64,000 bases of DNA. It comes from Clostridia bacterium. GTDB lineage: Bacteria; Bacillota; Clostridia; Oscillospirales; CAG-272. Below, piece after piece: positions 36,289 to 47,644 of this stretch. The position numbers were made by a program, and so were the translations under genes. Positions within the stretch are counted from its first letter, which is position 1; every line of letters starts with the position of its first letter. A model generated the notes under the pieces. That model was not told where the DNA came from. It did no database searches and saw nothing but the letters and a program-made list of their open reading frames with translations. The stretch is from NCBI GenBank assembly GCA_017407835.1, contig JAFQVV010000032.1, positions 20,353 through 84,352 on the forward strand. Direction: 5' to 3'.

Positions 36289-36317
36289 ATTATACAACAA
36301 AAAAAAGAATTTGTCAA
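36289..36317 (-). promoter_or_regulatory. Promoter of tRNA-Thr
   Basis: Minus strand TTGACA (36317-36312), 17-nt spacer, TATAAT (36294-36289), 10 nt upstream of the tRNA 5' end. The -35 box abuts the rsmA RBS. Confidence 0.7.
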
Positions 36318-36328
36318 GAGGGAACTTC

Positions 36329-37198
36329 ATGAATTTATGTGATTTGGGCACGATCAAACAGATCATGGCTGCCCACGGGCTGACCTTTCGTAAGGAGTTC
36401 GGGCAAAACTTTCTCACCCGCCGTGCGGTGGTGGAGGAGATTGCCGACAACTGCTGCGACGATGAAAACAGCACTATTCTGGAAATCGGTCCCGGCATCG
36501 GCGCACTGACGCAGGAGCTTGCCCTCCGATTCCGCCGCGTCATCGCGCTGGAGATCGACCGAGGACTTATTCCCGTCCTGCGCGGGACGCTGGCCGAATA
36601 TGACAATATTGAGCTGCACAACGGCGACGTGATGGAGACCGATCTTGCCGAACTTCTGGCGCCTGCATTTGCCGAAGGGCCGGTTTCGGTCTGTGCTAAC
36701 CTGCCCTATTACATCACCACCCCCATTTTGATGAAGCTGTTGGAGAGTGGGCTGCCCTTTGACAGCATCACCGTCATGGTGCAGGCCGAGGTGGCATCTC
36801 GCCTGACCGCCGCGGCGGGCAGCGCGGATTACGGTGCCATTACGGCGGTACTCGGTTATTATGGCCATGCGGAGAGACTCTTCACCGTCTCGGCGGGCAA
36901 TTTTGTCCCCCCGCCGAAGGTGAACTCGGCTGTTGTGCGGATTGACCTTTGGAAAGATCGCCCCTATTCTCCTCGAGATGAGGGAATGTTCTTCCGCACG
37001 GTAAAAGCGGCATTTGAGCAGCGCCGCAAAACGCTGGTCAATGCCCTCTCGTCTGCTTTTCCCGAGCTCGGAAAGGATGCCATCACCGAAGCAGTGGTTG
37101 CCTGTGATCACCGTGTCGATATTCGCGGGGAAAAGCTGGATGTCGCACAGTTCGTCGAGCTGTCCGATTGTTTGGGCGAGCTGATAGCGAATCGCTAA
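36329..37198 (+). CDS. rsmA: 16S rRNA (adenine1518/1519-N6)-dimethyltransferase
   Basis: FRKEFGQNFL and ILEIGPGIGALT SAM motifs, and NLPYYITTPI. ATG at 36329. Confidence 0.9.
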   Translation: MNLCDLGTIKQIMAAHGLTFRKEFGQNFLTRRAVVEEIADNCCDDENSTILEIGPGIGALTQELALRFRRVIALEIDRGLIPVLRGTLAEYDNIELHNGDVMETDLAELLAPAFAEGPVSVCANLPYYITTPILMKLLESGLPFDSITVMVQAEVASRLTAAAGSADYGAITAVLGYYGHAERLFTVSAGNFVPPPKVNSAVVRIDLWKDRPYSPRDEGMFFRTVKAAFEQRRKTLVNALSSAFPELGKDAITEAVVACDHRVDIRGEKLDVAQFVELSDCLGELIANR

Positions 37199-37201
37199 AT
37201 C

Positions 37202-37238
37202 AAAAGGATACCGTATATCACCCACGGTATCCTTTTTT
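37202..37238 (+). terminator. Intrinsic terminator of rsmA
   Basis: 10-bp stem AAGGATACCG/CGGTATCCTT followed by TTTT. Confidence 0.8.
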
Positions 37239-37258
37239 CTGCAGTTTTTTGCGGGGGC

Positions 37259-37292
37259 GCGGGGGAGCTTTTTTTCAAAAAAGCTCCCCCGC
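37259..37292. repeat. Perfect palindrome GCGGGGGAGC-TTTTTTTCAAAAAA-GCTCCCCCGC
   Basis: Shares the GGGGGAGC...GCTCCCCC core and the T-run/A-run centre with the palindrome at 46297-46340. Lies between convergent rsmA and the HAD gene. Confidence 0.7.
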
Positions 37293-37298
37293 ATCAAC

Positions 37299-37967
37299 TC
37301 AATCTGCGAGCAATTCCCAAAAATTGCGGTAATTTCGAATCACTTTTGTTACGCCGCCGACTTCGGCATAAAAATCGGCGTTCTCGGTTTCGTGCAGCGC
37401 GATGATGTGATGGATCCCCGCTGCGTGTGCCGCTCTGACACCGCCCAGCGAGTCTTCAAATACGATGCACTCCTCGGGCAGCACACCGAGACGCTCCATG
37501 GTGAGCAGATAAATATCGGGTGCCGGCTTGCCCGGGTAGGTTCCGTCATCGTAGATGATCTGCTCAGCGGAGAACCAGCGCTCAAGATGGAAATGTTCCA
37601 TATAGAAATTCAAATTGACCAACGGCGAACCGGTGGCAATGGTCATCGGAATTTTTTCTGCCTTCAGGTAGTCGAGGAAATCCTCCAGACCGTCAACCAA
37701 ATGGAAATGCTCGGGATCAAGCAGGCACTGCCGACGGTATTCCGCTTCTTTTTCGAGAATCAGCTCTTCGATGCGCTCGAGGGAAATATCGCCGAAATAG
37801 CGGCGGAAAATATCAATGTTGGCCTGTCCGATGACATGGTGGTCAAGCTCGTCACGGCTCAGCTCGCGTCCAAGCCGCGCGGGCATAAAGTTGTGCCATG
37901 CGCGGTAGTGCATGACGGTGTCAAAGAACATCGTCCCGTTGAAGTCAAAAATAATCGCTTTTTTCAT
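37299..37967 (-). CDS. HAD-superfamily hydrolase (beta-phosphoglucomutase-like subfamily)
   Basis: Motif I IIFDFNGTMF, and motif IV FEDSLGGVRAAHAAG. Confidence 0.75.
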   Translation of the reverse strand: MKKAIIFDFNGTMFFDTVMHYRAWHNFMPARLGRELSRDELDHHVIGQANIDIFRRYFGDISLERIEELILEKEAEYRRQCLLDPEHFHLVDGLEDFLDYLKAEKIPMTIATGSPLVNLNFYMEHFHLERWFSAEQIIYDDGTYPGKPAPDIYLLTMERLGVLPEECIVFEDSLGGVRAAHAAGIHHIIALHETENADFYAEVGGVTKVIRNYRNFWELLAD

Positions 37968-39109
37968 GCTTGTTTAATCAATTTTTCCTCCCATTTGGTC
38001 AGCTCCGCCATCTTGTCGGGAATGGCGATGTGCTGCGGACAGTGGGGCGCACACTCGCCGCAGGCGACGCAGTTACCGGCGAGCGTGGCAGGATCTGCCC
38101 CATTGAGTGCCTTCGCATAGCGTCCGCGGCTCTTGTTCATGGCAAATTCGTTGAAATGTGCGAACATTGCAGGGATATCGACGCCTGCGGGGCAATCCAT
38201 GCAGTAGCGGCAGGCGGTACAGGGAATAACATCCTTCATGCGCCATTCGTGGGCGGCACGGGCGAGGAGGGCATCCTCCTCTTCGGTGATGGGGGCGAAA
38301 TCGGAGAGGGTGGCAATATTGTCCTTGAGTTGATCAAGGTTTGACATACCGCTGAGCACGGTCAGTACGTTGGGTTTGGTGGCGGCATATCGAATTGCCC
38401 AGCTTGCAATCGAATCATTGGGGCGCGCGGCTTTGAGCATATCGTTTGCGGTGGGGCAGATGTCCGCCAGTGCGCCGCCGCGCACAGGCTCCATCACGAT
38501 GCAGGGGATACCGTTCTCCGCCAAAATTTCATACTGGCGCCGAGCGTTTTGGATTTCCCAGTCGGCGTAGTTGAGCTGAATCTGCGCAAAATCCCACGCA
38601 TAGGCATTGACAATTTCCTCAAGCACATCGGGGGAATCATGGAAGGAAAAGCCGATATAACGGATTTTTCCCTCAGCCTTTTTCTGCATGAGGAATTCGT
38701 ACAGTCCCATCTCTTTGCATCGCGCAAAATGTACTTTGGTCAGCGAGTGACAGAGGTAGAAGTCAATGTAATCGGTTTTCAGTCGGCGGAGCTGTTCGTC
38801 AAAAATTTTCTCCAGATCGGCAGGCTCTTTTGCCATCCAGATGGGCATTTTGTCGGCAAGATAGTAGCTTGCGCGGTCGTAATCTGCCAGCGCGTCTCCC
38901 AGAAAGCGCTCGGAATCGCCGTCATGGTACATATACGCGGTGTCAATGTAGTTGACACCGTGTGCGAGGGCGTAGTCGAGGATTTCCTTGGCGCGGACAT
39001 CGTCGATTTTTGCCTCGTCGGGATTGATACGGGGCAGGCGCATGGTGCCCAGCCCAAGCAGAGAAATATTCAGCTCGCTGTTCTTGAAACGGCGTACTGT
39101 CATCGGCAT
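37964..39109 (-). CDS. Aldo/keto reductase with C-terminal 4Fe-4S ferredoxin-type domain
   Basis: LGLGTMRLP and GVNYIDTAYMYHDGDSE form the AKR core. The C-terminus has CTACRYCMDCP and CVACGECAPHCP cluster motifs. Start at 39109 is 7 nt after GGAGG. Confidence 0.8.
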   Translation of the reverse strand: MPMTVRRFKNSELNISLLGLGTMRLPRINPDEAKIDDVRAKEILDYALAHGVNYIDTAYMYHDGDSERFLGDALADYDRASYYLADKMPIWMAKEPADLEKIFDEQLRRLKTDYIDFYLCHSLTKVHFARCKEMGLYEFLMQKKAEGKIRYIGFSFHDSPDVLEEIVNAYAWDFAQIQLNYADWEIQNARRQYEILAENGIPCIVMEPVRGGALADICPTANDMLKAARPNDSIASWAIRYAATKPNVLTVLSGMSNLDQLKDNIATLSDFAPITEEEDALLARAAHEWRMKDVIPCTACRYCMDCPAGVDIPAMFAHFNEFAMNKSRGRYAKALNGADPATLAGNCVACGECAPHCPQHIAIPDKMAELTKWEEKLIKQA

Positions 39110-39129
39110 GGTAAATTCCTCCGTTGTGA

Positions 39130-40272
39130 TCAATTTTTCGGCGCGTCGATAGGCGCTTTTTTCTCGCCGATCTCGCGGATAAAACGGCAGATGTTCTCGG
39201 TTGCATCGGGGCGGCGAATTTGTTCAATAGCTTGCCGCATCAATGCAATGCGGGACGGGGAAGAGAGCAGATTCCAGATTGCCTCATCCAGCGGATAAGT
39301 GTCGCTGACCGCGATTGCCGCACCTTGATTGAGCAGGAATTCGGTATTGCGGTCTTCCTGCCCGGGAATGGGATTAACAATGATCATGGGCAGCCGTTTC
39401 GCCAGCGATTCGGAGGTGGTCAGCCCACCCGGCTTTGTGATGATTGCATCGGCGGCGTCCATTAGGCAATCGACCTCATTCGACCAGCCGATGACAAGGG
39501 TAGGCTTGCGGTGCGGAAGTGCATCCAGCTCAGCCTTTGCCTTTTCGTTGCTGCCGCAGACAACAATGAGTTGGAAGTCCTGCTCCACCGAATAAAGCTG
39601 CTCCACCGTTTCGGTGATATTGCCGTAGCCCATACTGCCGCCCATCAGCAGAAGCGTGGTGCGATCGGGATCAAGCCCAAGTGAGCGCCGCACCTCGGCG
39701 GCGTCAGCCTGTTTGGCAAATTTGGGATGAATCGGAATGCCCATGGGCAGGATTTGTTTATCGGAAAAGCCTTTTTTCTTGGCCTGACAAAGCAGCTGAT
39801 CGCAGGCGGTGACCACATAATCAAGGTGAACTGTTTCCTCCCAGTAGGGATGGAAAACGAAATCGGTCAAAATGCCGACAGTTTTGGCGCGCAGGCCGTG
39901 CTCAACCTTGATGACATCGAGAATGATCCCCGCGAAGATGTGTGTGTAGACAATGATATCGGGATCGTAGATGGCGATATATTTGCGCAGCTTGCGGGAA
40001 AGCAGGCGACCGTTGAGGCGAGTCTGCGATTTCTCATCGGCGGTGCGTTTGCGCCGCTCGGCAAGACGGTAGCCTTCTTCAAATGCCAACTTGGCTTTGG
40101 AGGTGATAAAGAGATATCCCTCAGAGAGCGCACGAGAGAGCAATTTGTTTGTGTGTTCAAATGTATCCAGTACGCGGCATTCAATGCCTTGACCGTCAAA
40201 GCAGGTTTTGATTGCGTTGGCGGTAGAATTGTGTCCGCCGCCTGCGGTGACGGAGAGAACAAGTACACGCAT
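39130..40272 (-). CDS. Diacylglycerol glycosyltransferase (MGDG synthase/UgtP-like, GT28)
   Basis: MRVLVLSVTAGGGHNSTANAI N-terminus and C-terminal ITKPGGLTTSESL. Start trimmed to 40272. Confidence 0.75.
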   Translation of the reverse strand: MRVLVLSVTAGGGHNSTANAIKTCFDGQGIECRVLDTFEHTNKLLSRALSEGYLFITSKAKLAFEEGYRLAERRKRTADEKSQTRLNGRLLSRKLRKYIAIYDPDIIVYTHIFAGIILDVIKVEHGLRAKTVGILTDFVFHPYWEETVHLDYVVTACDQLLCQAKKKGFSDKQILPMGIPIHPKFAKQADAAEVRRSLGLDPDRTTLLLMGGSMGYGNITETVEQLYSVEQDFQLIVVCGSNEKAKAELDALPHRKPTLVIGWSNEVDCLMDAADAIITKPGGLTTSESLAKRLPMIIVNPIPGQEDRNTEFLLNQGAAIAVSDTYPLDEAIWNLLSSPSRIALMRQAIEQIRRPDATENICRFIREIGEKKAPIDAPKN

Positions 40273-40389
40273 ATGGGCAACATCCTTTCGAGGAATAATA
40301 TACAAACTTATGATACCAGATTTTGGCGGAAAAGTCAAGAAAAATCGAGAGCGTTGGCGGTATACGCCAGTGCTCTCGATGGTTTTGGC

Positions 40390-40752
40390 TTATCTGTGGT
40401 TATTATGATCTGCGCAGGGGGAGATCATGCTGATGCGGCTTGCAAAATACTGCTCCTGAAATTGTACCAGCGCGCGGATTTGCTCTGCATCAAACGAAGT
40501 ACCTTTCGGCGCGATGACCCATTTCTCCTCATTGTCGTCGGTGCGGTGAATGATGGCGATCAGCTTTCCTGTGAAGGTTTGCACGGGCTTGTCAACACCG
40601 ACGATGTAGGCATCCTGATATTCGCCGTCGGGGGCGAGAATTCCCTCGACATATCCGTAATTGATGGGGTAGCGGAGCGTGCTGTATGCGGGATGACAGC
40701 TACCCATTGGGCGATCGACTGTTACCGTGACGATATCGGAGAGGACGCTCAT
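40390..40752 (-). CDS. Short inorganic-pyrophosphatase-like protein
   Basis: YPINYGYVEGILAPDGEYQDAYIVG...DDNEEKWV resembles the family I PPase core (YPxNYGF...DGDPLD), but it is only 120 aa and has substitutions. Confidence 0.5.
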   Translation of the reverse strand: MSVLSDIVTVTVDRPMGSCHPAYSTLRYPINYGYVEGILAPDGEYQDAYIVGVDKPVQTFTGKLIAIIHRTDDNEEKWVIAPKGTSFDAEQIRALVQFQEQYFASRISMISPCADHNNHR

Positions 40753-40857
40753 GCAAACACACCTTTCGTTGATGGTTGACTCTCTGCCGAGGTTTTGCGA
40801 TTTTTTGGAAAAATCCCAATTCGACTTTGTGTTCCTATACAGCAACTGACTCCATAA

Positions 40858-40991
40858 GGCTCCCTCCGGGAGGGAGCTCCCGACGAAGTCGGGTGAGGGA
40901 GAGTGCGTAAACGATGGAATTCAGCAAAATTTTACGTTTCGCAGGCTCCTTCCACCACTTCGTGGTCCCCCTCCCTCTCGGAGGGAGGCAT
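40858..40991. repeat. Composite palindromic (REP/MITE-like) intergenic element
   Basis: The left arm (40858-40902) and the reverse complement of the right arm (40942-40991) align at roughly 75-80% by eye. Each arm has two hairpins: CTCCCTCC-G-GGAGGGAG and CCCGAC-GAA-GTCGGG on the left, ACCAC-TTC-GTGGT and CCTCCCTC-TCG-GAGGGAGG on the right. Confidence 0.65.
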
Positions 40992-41048
40992 AGGTCAGCG
41001 GAATGCAGCAGCGGGAACACAAAAGGTAATTGGGAGTTGGAAAAAGAC

Positions 41049-41077
41049 TTGACAGGGAATGGAAAAAATGATAAAAT
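41049..41077 (+). promoter_or_regulatory. Promoter for the 41154/41800 gene pair
   Basis: TTGACA, 17-nt spacer, TGaTAAAAT extended -10. Confidence 0.6.
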
Positions 41078-41153
41078 AAAAGGACAAGTGCAAAAAGAAA
41101 ACACTTATCCATATTACAAAATAATAATACCACAAATTGGGAGGAAAGTCAAG

Positions 41154-41786
41154 ATGAATGTCGAATTGTTTACAAAAGATTCACATTTTTCGGCAGGGCG
41201 GCATGAAGTGGAGGCGGTCAGTGCGGGGCAGGCAATCGAATTTCTTCGTGCCGCAAATGCCGAGACCGGGGTGCATGGTTTGGTGTTGCGGGAGGAGGAG
41301 ATTGCTGCTGTAGCAGAAGCACGGCGGGATGCACTGTTGTCGGCGGGACGAGTCGATTTTTCGGGAGAGCTACCGGCTAAGTTGGCATGTGCCTTCTGCG
41401 ATTCTCCCTATGTTTCGCAGAGCGAATGGGCAGAGCTTCTTTGTGGCTTGATTGCCCTGTTTTATGACAGCAAAAACACCTATGACGCAACCGATACTCA
41501 GAGGCGTACCGCTTATGCGCTGGCGGACGATGCCCTGATTGTCCGGATGCGGCGTTGGTTTGATTATCCCGCCCGAGGATCGCTGGATTGCCTGGCCGAT
41601 CTGCTGTCGGGAATGGCAGACCGCCTGCGCTGTGGCCTGGACGCCGACGAGCCCGACCGCCGCACGCTTCTGTTCAACGGCATGGATACGGATGGGTGGC
41701 TGGATGCCCGTCCACACGAGTTGTACGATGATGACGATGATCGGGGAGATTCGTCCCTGATATCCCAAATTCCCAACAATAATTGA
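41154..41786 (+). CDS. Hypothetical protein (acidic C-terminus)
   Basis: ATG at 41154 follows GGGAGG; 210 aa; poly-Asp tail (YDDDDDRGD). No motif recognised. The track start at 40914 lies inside the repeat element. Confidence 0.6.
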   Translation: MNVELFTKDSHFSAGRHEVEAVSAGQAIEFLRAANAETGVHGLVLREEEIAAVAEARRDALLSAGRVDFSGELPAKLACAFCDSPYVSQSEWAELLCGLIALFYDSKNTYDATDTQRRTAYALADDALIVRMRRWFDYPARGSLDCLADLLSGMADRLRCGLDADEPDRRTLLFNGMDTDGWLDARPHELYDDDDDRGDSSLISQIPNNN

Positions 41787-41799
41787 AAGGAGATCTGCC

Positions 41800-45195
<3,396 letters not shown>

Positions 45196-45260
45196 CAGAA
45201 GCAGATCGCCCTTCGCAGGTATAAATCCCCCTCTGCCGGGAAAATCTATGGATAAACCAA

Positions 45261-45291
45261 CGCCTCCCGTGGCTGCGGGAGGCGCTTTTTT
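45261..45291 (+). terminator. Intrinsic terminator directly abutting the ldh RBS
   Basis: 9-bp stem CGCCTCCCG/CGGGAGGCG, then C followed by TTTTTT; only 11 nt (AGGGGGTATTT) before the ldh ATG. Confidence 0.75.
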
Positions 45292-45302
45292 AGGGGGTAT
45301 TT

Positions 45303-46262
45303 ATGTTCAATATTCGAAAGTGTGCGGTGATTGGATGCGGCTATGTGGGGGCTACCACTGCCTTTTCCCTGATGCAGAGCGGCCTGTTTTCCGAGATGGT
45401 GCTGCTTGACGTCAATCAAAAGAAGGCGGCGGGGGAGGCCATGGATCTGATGCACGGTCTGCCCTTTCTCTCGCCCATGCAGATCTACGCGGGAGATTAC
45501 AGCGATCTGCGGGATGCGGCGCTGATCATCATCACGGCAGGCGCAGGTCAGCGGCCGGGGGAAACCCGCATCGATCTTGCTCACCGCAACGCCGAAATTT
45601 TCCGCTCCATTGTGGGGCAGATTATCCGGTACACCAGAGATGCCATCCTGCTGGTAGTGACCAACCCGGTGGATGTCCTCACCTATATCACCCTCCGTAT
45701 GTCGGGCTATCCCCCCAACCGTGTTATCGGCTCGGGGACAGTGCTGGACACCGCCCGGCTCAAGCACCTGGTGGGGCGGGAGCTTGGGGTGGACAGCCGC
45801 AATGTTCACACCTTCATCATCGGCGAGCACGGAGACAGCGAGCTGCCCGTATGGAGCTCTGCCAATGTGTCGGGTATTGATCTCAACCATTTCTGCGACA
45901 TCTGCGCCACCTGCGGCGGGGACACGGGGATCCTCCGTCCCCTTTTTGAGGAGGTGCGGGACAGCGCCTACCACATCATCGAGGCGAAGGGGGCCACCTA
46001 CTACGCCATTGCCCTGGCCGTCACGCGCATCGCCGCATCCATTGTGCGGGATGAGAACTCGGTTCTCCCCGTGTCCACCCTGGTTGACAGTCACTATGGT
46101 CTGTCCGATGTGTGCATGGGTCTGCCCGCCATCGTGGGCAGGGACGGCGTACGGGAGGTGCTGGAGATCCCCCTCAATGAGGAGGAAAATCAAAACCTGC
46201 AAGCCTCCGCCGCAAAGCTCAAGGATGTTATCGCTCGGCTTGGGGTTCTGGAGCAGGTGTAA
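45303..46262 (+). CDS. ldh: L-lactate dehydrogenase
   Basis: VIGCGYVGATTAF NAD motif, ITAGAGQRPGETRIDL, VVTNPVD, GSGTVLDTARL and IGEHGDSE. Confidence 0.95.
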   Translation: MFNIRKCAVIGCGYVGATTAFSLMQSGLFSEMVLLDVNQKKAAGEAMDLMHGLPFLSPMQIYAGDYSDLRDAALIIITAGAGQRPGETRIDLAHRNAEIFRSIVGQIIRYTRDAILLVVTNPVDVLTYITLRMSGYPPNRVIGSGTVLDTARLKHLVGRELGVDSRNVHTFIIGEHGDSELPVWSSANVSGIDLNHFCDICATCGGDTGILRPLFEEVRDSAYHIIEAKGATYYAIALAVTRIAASIVRDENSVLPVSTLVDSHYGLSDVCMGLPAIVGRDGVREVLEIPLNEEENQNLQASAAKLKDVIARLGVLEQV

Positions 46263-46296
46263 TTTCACCACCATTCGCCAAAGGATTTCGTGGGGG

Positions 46297-46340
46297 ATGG
46301 GGAAGGGGGAGCCTTTTGCAAAAGGCTCCCCCTTCCCCAT
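46297..46340. repeat. 44-nt perfect palindrome / bidirectional terminator
   Basis: ATGGGGAAGGGGGAGCCTTTTG|CAAAAGGCTCCCCCTTCCCCAT, between convergent ldh and the YbaK-like gene. Confidence 0.8.
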
Positions 46341-46352
46341 ATTCTAACGTTT

Positions 46353-46898
46353 TCACAGTTCTACAAAAGTAGGCACATACCCCAGTGCCGGCAAAAGCTT
46401 CTCCATCACATCGGCGGTGCGCAGGCGCAGGGTAGAGGTGTTGACGCAGGGGTGACAGCCCACATATTCCTGGGCTGTCAGATCTCGATCGATGAGCAGG
46501 CGAACCTCACGATCGCGGTCGTTCATCAGCCCAAGCACACTCACTGAGCCGGGAGTGATGTTCAGACAGCGCAGCATATGCTCGGGGGGCGCGAAGGAGA
46601 GCCGCGCCGAGCCGATTTGTTTTGAGAGATCTTTGGTGCGGAAGGGCTTGTCTCCCGGCATCATCAGCAGATAAAAGGCTGTCTTCTGTGCGTTGGAGAG
46701 AAAAAGATTCTTGCAGATGGGTGCCCCCAGAAGAGATTCTATCTCATGACACAGCTCAATGGTGTCGGCGGGATCATGATCGGCGCGGGCGAAGGGAATG
46801 CCAAGCTTGCCGAACAGGGCATAGCAGGCCAGCTCCTTTTCCTCACGGCAGGTGGTGTCAGCGGGGGCTTCGGAGTAAAGGGTGGAATCGATGAACAT
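46353..46898 (-). CDS. YbaK/ProX-type aminoacyl-tRNA trans-editing domain protein
   Basis: ICKNLFLSNAQKTAFYLLMMPGDKPFRTKDL...ITPGSVSVLGLMND resembles prolyl-tRNA-synthetase-associated editing domains. Confidence 0.65.
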   Translation of the reverse strand: MFIDSTLYSEAPADTTCREEKELACYALFGKLGIPFARADHDPADTIELCHEIESLLGAPICKNLFLSNAQKTAFYLLMMPGDKPFRTKDLSKQIGSARLSFAPPEHMLRCLNITPGSVSVLGLMNDRDREVRLLIDRDLTAQEYVGCHPCVNTSTLRLRTADVMEKLLPALGYVPTFVEL

Positions 46899-46910
46899 GG
46901 CAGTTTCCTT

Positions 46911-47597
46911 TCAGCATAGAATGTTGTTGCTGCATATATCGCGCAGATGGAGGGCGGCGGCGCGGAATGCGGCGGGCGAAAAGGCCCGTCCGTCCGTCTC
47001 ATTGAAGAGCGGCGCTGCGGTGTCAAGCAAGGCGGGGATGTCGGCTTCAACGATGGAGGAAAGTGCCTGCATCCCGACATCCAAGGCGCAAAGCGCATCG
47101 GTGTATTCGTGTTCCATTGCCTCGCATTGGCCGAGCGCTTGGCGCAATGTGTCAGCAGCGCTGTCTTTTCGGATGATGCGGGCGGCGGAGTGCAGACAAA
47201 CCAGCTCTCGTGCATTGTTTTGCACATGGTCAATTGCGCCCATCAGTGCAGTTCTCCGCTTTTCCGCTCTCGCCAGGAAATCGGTTGCCGCAGACAGATA
47301 GGTGGGGAACTCCCGCCCAATTTTCTCTGCCGCTATTGTCGCCGCTTGCTTCTGTGATTCCCATGCACCGAGAAGATGTCCGCTGACTGCATTCAGGCAG
47401 TGCTGGGCGGCAGAACGAATTTCCCCGAGCAGCAGTTCGGCAGAATCGGGTGCGGGAATGGCTTGTCTGTGCAGAGGGGGGGCGTGCAGGTATTCAGCGT
47501 CGGCTGACTGTGCAATGGCTGCCAGCTCCTCCGCGGTAAAGAGGGAGGGATCGATACCGACAGCCTTCAGCCGCGATAAAAGTGTGGTGTGCGTCAT
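46911..47597 (-). CDS. Hypothetical protein (Ala-rich, helical)
   Basis: 228 aa; ATG at 47597 is 7 nt after GGAG; 12 nt upstream of the YbaK-like gene. No motif recognised. Confidence 0.55.
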   Translation of the reverse strand: MTHTTLLSRLKAVGIDPSLFTAEELAAIAQSADAEYLHAPPLHRQAIPAPDSAELLLGEIRSAAQHCLNAVSGHLLGAWESQKQAATIAAEKIGREFPTYLSAATDFLARAEKRRTALMGAIDHVQNNARELVCLHSAARIIRKDSAADTLRQALGQCEAMEHEYTDALCALDVGMQALSSIVEADIPALLDTAAPLFNETDGRAFSPAAFRAAALHLRDICSNNILC

Positions 47598-47644
47598 CTT
47601 TGTCTCCGAAAAAGAGAGGGGACGCCCGAAAACGTCCCGCTCAC

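Noticed and set aside
36150-36332. 60-aa plus-strand ORF (MMCTENKKHP...)
   Set aside because: It is the antisense translation of tRNA-Thr and its flanks and has no RBS. The region is explained by the tRNA gene, its promoter and its terminator.
40914-41153. Upstream extension of the 41154 gene (MEFSKILRFAGSFHHFVVPLPLGGRH...), and the 89-aa and 70-aa minus-strand ORFs in the same interval
   Set aside because: They are translations of the palindromic repeat element and the promoter region. The real start at 41154 has GGGAGG and lies downstream of a consensus promoter.
45246-46340. 364-aa minus-strand ORF covering ldh
   Set aside because: It is antisense to an unmistakable L-lactate dehydrogenase. 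It has no RBS, and it starts inside the palindromic terminator.
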